From IMG/VR virus record IMGVR_UViG_3300031848_000023, positions 1 through 31,530 of that record: a stretch of DNA of 31,530 nucleotides; one strand, given 5' to 3'. Source of the stretch: a virus. Its lineage: Duplodnaviria > Caudoviricetes. The position numbers were made by a program, and so were the translations under genes. The first letter of the stretch is position 1. Each line of letters starts with the position of its first letter. Positions 25,893 to 31,530 of the stretch are shown one piece after another. The notes below the pieces were generated by a model. It did no database searches and had not been told where the DNA came from. It saw nothing but the letters and a program-made list of their open reading frames with translations.

Positions 25893-26483
25893 ATGGCGTG
25901 TGATTTAACAAGAGGTAGAAAGGAACCGTGCAAGGATGTTGTCGGAGGATTAAAGAATGTTTATTTTGTAGACTTTGGTAAACTGGGTACAGTTACATTA
26001 AGTGGTGACGAAATAACCAATATGACAGGATCTACAATAGGAGGGTCTGCAAATTCATTAACAGCATTTAAGTACGAACTAAAAGGAAGCAGCAGTTTAG
26101 AACAAACTGTAACAGCTTCGAGAGAGAATGGAACAGTTTTCTTTGAGCAAACTTTAAATTTGAGTCTACATAAATTGACCAAAGAAGATAATGCTGAATT
26201 AAAATTGTTAGCATACGGAAGACCACACATTGCAGTTGAAGATTATAACGGAAATGTAATGATGATGGGTCTAGAAAACGGTGCTGATTGTTCTGGAGGG
26301 ACAGTTGTAACGGGTGCAGCTATGGGTGATATGTCCGGCTACACTTTAACCTTTGCAGCTCAAGAAAAAGCACCTGCAAACTTTATGGATTCGGATACTA
26401 AGGATATTGACTTCCCATTTAGTGTGCAAGATTACGCCGGTATGGATGGAACTATTCTTATCACATTAGGTACGAATGCATAG
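25893..26483 (+). CDS. Major tail tube protein (putative)
   Basis: MACDLTRGRKEPCKDVVGG, SRENGTVFFEQTL and GYTLTF motifs; has its own terminator. Confidence 0.7.
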   Translation: MACDLTRGRKEPCKDVVGGLKNVYFVDFGKLGTVTLSGDEITNMTGSTIGGSANSLTAFKYELKGSSSLEQTVTASRENGTVFFEQTLNLSLHKLTKEDNAELKLLAYGRPHIAVEDYNGNVMMMGLENGADCSGGTVVTGAAMGDMSGYTLTFAAQEKAPANFMDSDTKDIDFPFSVQDYAGMDGTILITLGTNA

Positions 26484-26506
26484 TAAATTTTCATTTTGAT
26501 TAAATT

Positions 26507-26536
26507 AGGGTAGCAGAAATGTTGCCCTTTTTTTTT
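26507..26536 (+). terminator. Intrinsic terminator
   Basis: AGGGTAGCA-GAAA-TGTTGCCCT + T run. Confidence 0.85.
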
Positions 26537-26556
26537 GCAAGAAATGTATTATCTTT

Positions 26557-26562
26557 CGTTAT
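26557..26562 (+). promoter_or_regulatory. Putative late promoter -10 box CGTTAT
   Basis: 6 nt upstream of ATG 26569; TGCAA at 26536. Confidence 0.6.
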
Positions 26563-26568
26563 ACTTAT

Positions 26569-26928
26569 ATGATCATAATGACAACAACCGGGAATGCTCA
26601 AACCTTCAAGGTTATTCCGAGAGAATATGTAACAAACGCTACTTTAACGATTAGAGACGATTCAAGTAACGTAAATAAAACATACACGGGGTTGACACAA
26701 ACAATAAGCGTAAACCACTTACAGGTTCCTATTACTTTTAGTCCAGTATTAACAGAAGGAAGGTATTATGACCTAACTTTGAAAAAGCCGGATGGAAATA
26801 TTATCTATAAAGACAAGATATTTTGCACGGATCAAACAATTAACCAAGCTGCGGATCAAGATTATACAGTTAATAAAAACGAGTACACATCAGATGCCAG
26901 TTATGATAATGACTTTATAATTTTATGA
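26569..26928 (+). CDS. Structural protein (head closure candidate)
   Basis: Beta-rich, 119 aa, IYKDKIFCTDQ; coupled to the portal gene. Confidence 0.5.
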   Translation: MIIMTTTGNAQTFKVIPREYVTNATLTIRDDSSNVNKTYTGLTQTISVNHLQVPITFSPVLTEGRYYDLTLKKPDGNIIYKDKIFCTDQTINQAADQDYTVNKNEYTSDASYDNDFIIL

Positions 26929-28853
26929 AAAATTTAGGAATAGTAAATCTTAGCAGTTATTCAACACCTCAGATTGAAGAGATTAAAAACAAAGATTGGG
27001 TTTATTACGGTTCTGATAATAATTACTACCAATATTTAATTGACAGATACAACGGAAGTCCTACCAATAATGCTATTATTAATGGTTTATCAGAAATGAT
27101 ATTTGGTAAAGGTTTAAATGCTACAGATAGTAATAGAAAACCGGATGAGTATGCTCAAATGATGTCTTTATTTAAAAAAGATGTCGTAAGAAAGTTTTGT
27201 TACGATTTAAAGCTAATGGGACAATGTGCTATTCAAGTTATATACTCTAAAGATAGAACTAAGATTGCTCAAATAGAGCATCTTCCTATCGAGACAATAA
27301 GAGCTGAAAAGGTCACGGGAGACTCTGGAGAGATTGAAGGGTATTATTACAGTCCAGATTGGAGTGATATGAAACCTAGTGATCAACCTAAAAGGATTCC
27401 TGCTTTTGGAACTTCTAAAGAGGCTATTGAGATATTTTGCGTTAAACCTTACAGAGCAGGGTTCTATTATTACAGTCCGGTAGACTATCAAGGAGGATTA
27501 CAATACGCTGAATTGGAAGAGGAGATTGCTAATTACCATTTAAACAATATTAAGAATGGTTTAGCTCCTAGTATGTTAATTAATTTTAACAACGGTATTC
27601 CAAACGATGAAGAAAGAGAGTTAATTGAGCAAAGAATTTACGAGAAGTTTAGCGGAAGCTCCTCAGCAGGAAAATTTATATTGTCATTTAACGATAACAC
27701 CGAAAGCAGCTCGTCAATAGAACCGGTTCAATTAAGTGATGCGCATAACCAATATCAATTCCTTTCAGATGAATCTTCTAAAAAAATCCTTGTAAGCCAC
27801 AGGATCGTTTCGCCTATGCTTTTCGGTATAAAGGATAACACGGGACTGGGAAACAACGCAGAAGAGCTTAAAACAGCTTCTACGCTATGTGACAATGTAG
27901 TTATTAGACCGTTCCAAGAACTTTTAATTGATCACTTTAATAGAATATTAGCTTATAATAATATTTCATTAAACCTTTATTTCGAAACTTTACAACCTTT
28001 AGAATTTACTGACACGGAAAACATACTAGACGCTGAGACTAGGGAAGAGGAAACCGGAGTTAAAATGGCAAAACAATATAACTTAAGAAGTGAGGTTATT
28101 GATGACGATTTTGCAATTATAGATGATAGATTAGGTTATTCAACGAAAGAAATGGCACTTGAAATTTCCAAAGAAATCGGTTGCAATGGATATCATACGC
28201 ACGACTATGAAGGAAAGATCTGGTTTATGCCTTGTAAAGAACACAAAGAAAGCTTAAGTAAATACGATTTTAATGACGATGAATTATTTACAACTCTAAG
28301 CGAGTTAGGAGAGGATGAAGATTTAGAATCTTGGGAATTGGTAGACGAAATGGACGTTGATTACGAGATGGAAGATAAACTTGACAAAATGATCGGGTTA
28401 GCATCTACTGGAGTAGCACGTCCTAATGGGAAAAGTAAACAAGACAAAAACATAGAAGGGGTTCAATTCAAAGTAAGGTATCAATATACTCCCTTAACAC
28501 CATCGATAAAAAGCAGAAAGTTTTGTCAACTAATGGTTGCTGCTAATAAGCTTTACAGAAAGGAAGATATTCTTTTGATGAACGAAATGCCAGTAAATAA
28601 AGGATGGGGTGAAGGAGGAGCTTCAACTTATGATATTTTTAAATACAAAGGAGGAGGTAACTGTCATCACAAGTGGCTCAGAAAGACGTTTAAATTTACC
28701 GGACTACCTAAAGGGCAAGGAGATGTTAAAAGTCCTAATGCGGACACCGTAAGCACGAATAAAGCTGAAAAGGAAGGCTATCGAGTTAGAAACCCAAAAG
28801 AGGTTGCTATAAGACCAGTAGATATGCCGAATCAAGGATTTATAAATAAATAA
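26925..28853 (+). CDS. Portal protein with C-terminal fused domains
   Basis: YGSDNNY, SPTNNAII, NGLAPSMLI, GSSSAGKF, SPMLFGIK and IRPFQ; C-terminal SRKFC...GGGNCHHKW. Confidence 0.85.
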   Translation: MKNLGIVNLSSYSTPQIEEIKNKDWVYYGSDNNYYQYLIDRYNGSPTNNAIINGLSEMIFGKGLNATDSNRKPDEYAQMMSLFKKDVVRKFCYDLKLMGQCAIQVIYSKDRTKIAQIEHLPIETIRAEKVTGDSGEIEGYYYSPDWSDMKPSDQPKRIPAFGTSKEAIEIFCVKPYRAGFYYYSPVDYQGGLQYAELEEEIANYHLNNIKNGLAPSMLINFNNGIPNDEERELIEQRIYEKFSGSSSAGKFILSFNDNTESSSSIEPVQLSDAHNQYQFLSDESSKKILVSHRIVSPMLFGIKDNTGLGNNAEELKTASTLCDNVVIRPFQELLIDHFNRILAYNNISLNLYFETLQPLEFTDTENILDAETREEETGVKMAKQYNLRSEVIDDDFAIIDDRLGYSTKEMALEISKEIGCNGYHTHDYEGKIWFMPCKEHKESLSKYDFNDDELFTTLSELGEDEDLESWELVDEMDVDYEMEDKLDKMIGLASTGVARPNGKSKQDKNIEGVQFKVRYQYTPLTPSIKSRKFCQLMVAANKLYRKEDILLMNEMPVNKGWGEGGASTYDIFKYKGGGNCHHKWLRKTFKFTGLPKGQGDVKSPNADTVSTNKAEKEGYRVRNPKEVAIRPVDMPNQGFINK

Positions 28854-28856
28854 GAA

Positions 28857-29357
28857 ATGGCACAAGCATTATTCATATCACGAACCGATTTGGTTAAAAA
28901 TTCTATTTTAGATGGAAACGTTGACACAGATAAATTTATACAGTTTATAAAAATTGCTCAAGAAATTCATATAAAAAACTTCTTAGGATCTAAGTTGTAC
29001 GATAAGATTGCCGGACATATTGTTGCAGGTAATTTAAGCAATCCTTATTTACTTTTAGTAAACACATATGTGCAGCCTATGTTGATTCATTACGCAATGA
29101 CGGACTACCTTCCTTTTGCAGCGTATCAAATTAAAAACGGTGGAGTATTTAAACACATAAGCGAAAATGCTGAAAGCGTAAGTAAGAGCGAAGTTGACTA
29201 TCTTGTAAATAAAGAAAGAGAATTTGCCGAATATTATACAAGAAGGATGATAGATTACGTTACTTATAATGTAACCAGTTTCCCGGAGTATAACACAAAT
29301 AATAATAATGATGTTTACCCGGATAAAGACAGTTTATTTAATGGATGGGTGCTTTAA
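28857..29357 (+). CDS. Head-tail adaptor/connector (putative)
   Basis: Helical; AQEIHIKNFLGSKLY and FPEY motifs; follows the portal. Confidence 0.65.
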   Translation: MAQALFISRTDLVKNSILDGNVDTDKFIQFIKIAQEIHIKNFLGSKLYDKIAGHIVAGNLSNPYLLLVNTYVQPMLIHYAMTDYLPFAAYQIKNGGVFKHISENAESVSKSEVDYLVNKEREFAEYYTRRMIDYVTYNVTSFPEYNTNNNNDVYPDKDSLFNGWVL

Positions 29358-29443
29358 GGAAAAAAACATACAAACCAAAGGTTAAGAATTTAGTAAAATT
29401 AAAAAACTATATTCAAAAAATAAAAAAGAAAAATGGCGAATAA
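29345..29443 (+). CDS. Possible small basic protein (32 aa)
   Basis: MGALRKKTYKPKVKNLVKLKNYIQKIKKKNGE bridges the two flanking ORFs. Confidence 0.45.
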   Translation: MGALRKKTYKPKVKNLVKLKNYIQKIKKKNGE

Positions 29444-29648
29444 TATAAATTGGGGTGAGATCTATTGTTCAATGATAACCAATATTGGTTTTGGACAAGA
29501 CACGGCATTTTCTACTGAAGCAATACCGGATATATCTGCACCGGCTTGTTGGGGAACTTTTCCTTTAACAGCAGATTTAACAGAAATATCTGGAACTCCG
29601 TTTTTAGCGGATACTACGTTATATAAAGCAGATCAAACACAATTATAA
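29433..29648 (+). CDS. Small virion-associated protein
   Basis: INWGEIY start and ADTTLYKAD C-terminal motif. Confidence 0.6.
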   Translation: MANNINWGEIYCSMITNIGFGQDTAFSTEAIPDISAPACWGTFPLTADLTEISGTPFLADTTLYKADQTQL

Positions 29649-29658
29649 AAAATAAACA

Positions 29659-30312
29659 ATGGCTAAACAGGTAATAGGAGTCGGGACAACGGCAAATGAC
29701 AATACAGGAGATCCAATAAGAGATGCTTTTGTAAAAGTAAATGCAAATTTTACTGAACTGTACACAGATGATGCAGGTGATGTTAATTCAATAGTGGCAG
29801 GAACTTCGATTGCTGTTTCAAGCGCAACCGGTGACGTAACGGTGACAAATTCAGCACCAAACGCAACCCATACAGGGGAAGTGACTGGATCAGGTGCTTT
29901 GACTATTACAAACAATGCCGTGACTACTGCAAAGATTTTAAATGACAATGTAACACACGATAAATTAGAAAACAGATATACAGCAGAAGTTGCAATAAGC
30001 ACACGAACAGGAACAGTTGCATTTGACTTTTCGGCAGGATCTTCATTTAAAATAGCAGGTGATTTAACTGGTGCTTATACCATAAATATTACTAATTATA
30101 AAAAAGGGCAAGTTGTAACAATATATCCATTAAAAGCGCAATCTGTTACGTTAACAGGTGGTTCGGGAACAGGGGTTTTTAATAAAGTTGCAGGTGTTAA
30201 TTATGATAATACTGCAACAAGTATTTTGCAAATTGAGTGTGTAGATGATCAAGCAGCAAATCCAGTTTTTTTCTATTCAATCGCAACTTTTGCAGCAGAT
30301 TCAACAATTTAA
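29659..30312 (+). CDS. Fibre/appendage protein with T4 gp9/gp10-like N-terminal motif
   Basis: IGVGTTANDNTGDPIRDAFVKVNANFTELY; HTGEVTG and AVTTAKI fibre repeats. Confidence 0.7.
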   Translation: MAKQVIGVGTTANDNTGDPIRDAFVKVNANFTELYTDDAGDVNSIVAGTSIAVSSATGDVTVTNSAPNATHTGEVTGSGALTITNNAVTTAKILNDNVTHDKLENRYTAEVAISTRTGTVAFDFSAGSSFKIAGDLTGAYTINITNYKKGQVVTIYPLKAQSVTLTGGSGTGVFNKVAGVNYDNTATSILQIECVDDQAANPVFFYSIATFAADSTI

Positions 30313-30315
30313 ATT

Positions 30316-31269
30316 ATGAGTTTAGGAAAAAGATTTTTAAATATTGCACCACAATCAAGATCCCCGTATGTTGTAGAATACTTAGTAATAGCAGGTGGTG
30401 GTTCTGGTGGGAGTAACATTGGAGCAGGTGGAGGTGCAGGTGGATTTAGAGCATCTTTCGGAGGTAATACAGGAGGTGGTGGTAATCCCGAAAACCATTT
30501 AACTCTTGTACCAAATACAACTTATACTGTAACTGTAGGAGCAGGTGGTACTACGACTACACCAACACCTTATAATCCAGGAGGCGATGGAGGAAACTCT
30601 GTTTTTTCGGGTAGCGATATTACTGATATTACTTCTACAGGTGGAGGTGGTGGAGGTACTGGTTTATCTTTACAAAGCCCTCCATTTGAACCGGGTAGAC
30701 CCGGTGGTTCAGGTGGTGGTGGATCAAGATTAGGAAATCAATCAGCACCGGGAGGTACAAGAACAGCATCACCAGTACAGGGTTTCAATGGTGGTGCTTC
30801 TGCACTTAATGAGGGTGACTGTGCAGGTGGTGGAGGTGGCGCAGGAGCAGTTGGTGTTTCAAGCGCAGATGGTCAAAAAGGTGGTCGAGCAGGTGGTATT
30901 GGTTTGCAGAATTCTATAACGGTTGCGTCAGGAAATGGCATTTACTATGCTGGCGGTGGCGGTGGTGGCGGTTTTAATAATGTAGACGAAGGTCTTGGAG
31001 GCACAGGTGGCGGTGGTCGTGGAGGTCAAAACCAAAATAAACTTGCTACCGCAGGTACAGCAAACACAGGTTCTGGTGGTGGCGGTGGAGGAGGTAGTGA
31101 TGGCGATAATGTAAGAGGTGGTGGAGCAGGTGGCTCTGGAGTCGTTATACTTCGTTTGCCTACTTCTAGTTATTCTGGCACAACGTCAGGTTCTCCAAGT
31201 GTTGACCAAAGCACAGTATCAGGAGTAACAATATTGAAATTTACGGGTTCAGGTTCTTATACAGGATAA
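30316..31269 (+). CDS. Glycine-rich tail-fibre-associated protein
   Basis: VEYLVIAGGG, YYAGGGGGG, ANTGSGGGG and GGSGVVILR motifs. Confidence 0.75.
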   Translation: MSLGKRFLNIAPQSRSPYVVEYLVIAGGGSGGSNIGAGGGAGGFRASFGGNTGGGGNPENHLTLVPNTTYTVTVGAGGTTTTPTPYNPGGDGGNSVFSGSDITDITSTGGGGGGTGLSLQSPPFEPGRPGGSGGGGSRLGNQSAPGGTRTASPVQGFNGGASALNEGDCAGGGGGAGAVGVSSADGQKGGRAGGIGLQNSITVASGNGIYYAGGGGGGGFNNVDEGLGGTGGGGRGGQNQNKLATAGTANTGSGGGGGGGSDGDNVRGGGAGGSGVVILRLPTSSYSGTTSGSPSVDQSTVSGVTILKFTGSGSYTG

Positions 31270-31272
31270 ATT

Positions 31273-31530
31273 ATGGCACATTTTGCAAAAATAAATTTAA
31301 ACAATATAGTGGAACAAGTTATTGTAGTAAATAATTTTGTTTTACTTGATGAAAACGAAGTAGAAAACGAATCTAAAGGATTAGAATTTTTAAATTCTCT
31401 TTTAGGTTCTGCTAATTGGATACAAACTTCATACAATGGAAACTTTAAAAAACAATACGCTGCTGTAGGTTATATTTACGATTTAACAAAAGACAAGTTT
31501 ATTTCACCACAACCTTATAATTCTTGGGCA
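31273..31530 (+). CDS. Conserved phage protein (3'-truncated), not in ORF track
   Basis: MAHFAKINLNNIVEQVIVV...WIQTSYNGNFKKQYAAVGYIYD...FISPQPYNSW; usually neighbours glycine-rich fibre genes. Confidence 0.75.
   Translation, partial: MAHFAKINLNNIVEQVIVVNNFVLLDENEVENESKGLEFLNSLLGSANWIQTSYNGNFKKQYAAVGYIYDLTKDKFISPQPYNSWA

Noticed and set aside
1894-30733. Remaining short alternative-frame and minus-strand ORFs in the track (e.g. 1894, 1908, 2489, 3915, 9013, 10048, 12761, 20909, 22003, 25500, 29643, 30545)
   Set aside because: They are shadows of well-supported + strand genes, with no motifs or initiation signals.
30316-31269. GGT/GGA-rich DNA as a repeat element or DGR target
   Set aside because: Explained by glycine codons; no reverse transcriptase or TR/VR pair was seen.
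1-31530. Stop-codon reassignment, tRNA genes, introns or inteins
   Set aside because: Genes are full length under the standard code with TAA, TAG and TGA all used as stops. I saw no cloverleaf in the short intergenic gaps, and TerL and the helicase are of normal or short length.

Overview
An AT-rich, gene-dense fragment of a tailed dsDNA phage. It is probably a siphovirus infecting Bacteroidota/Flavobacteriia, judged from the TAnnTT(T/A/C)G-type promoters, the A-rich SD-free start regions and the gene families. Nearly all genes are on the + strand. Order: lysis (M15 peptidase end, holin), then an AT-rich tandem-repeat origin candidate, then a replication/regulation block (NinG, SSB-like, DnaB-like helicase, ECF-like sigma, nuclease, 5'-3' exonuclease, DnaA-domain-IV protein). 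Next is a coupled five-gene cassette (glycosyltransferase-like, HxD..H cupin/dioxygenase, IbrA-like PP-loop/PAPS reductase, IbrB-like ParB, orphan ParB) upstream of terS/terL. After that come a small island driven by a symmetric bidirectional promoter, tail genes (including a -1 frameshift chaperone), head genes, tail tube, portal, adaptor and fibre genes. The best novelty candidates are the putative DNA (or virion) modification cassette, a strong CCGG excess with near-absence of GGCC/CCWGG, a conserved palindromic operator-promoter, and leaderless CGTWAT late promoters. All family calls come from motifs recognised by eye; no database searches were run and k-mer counts are hand tallies.
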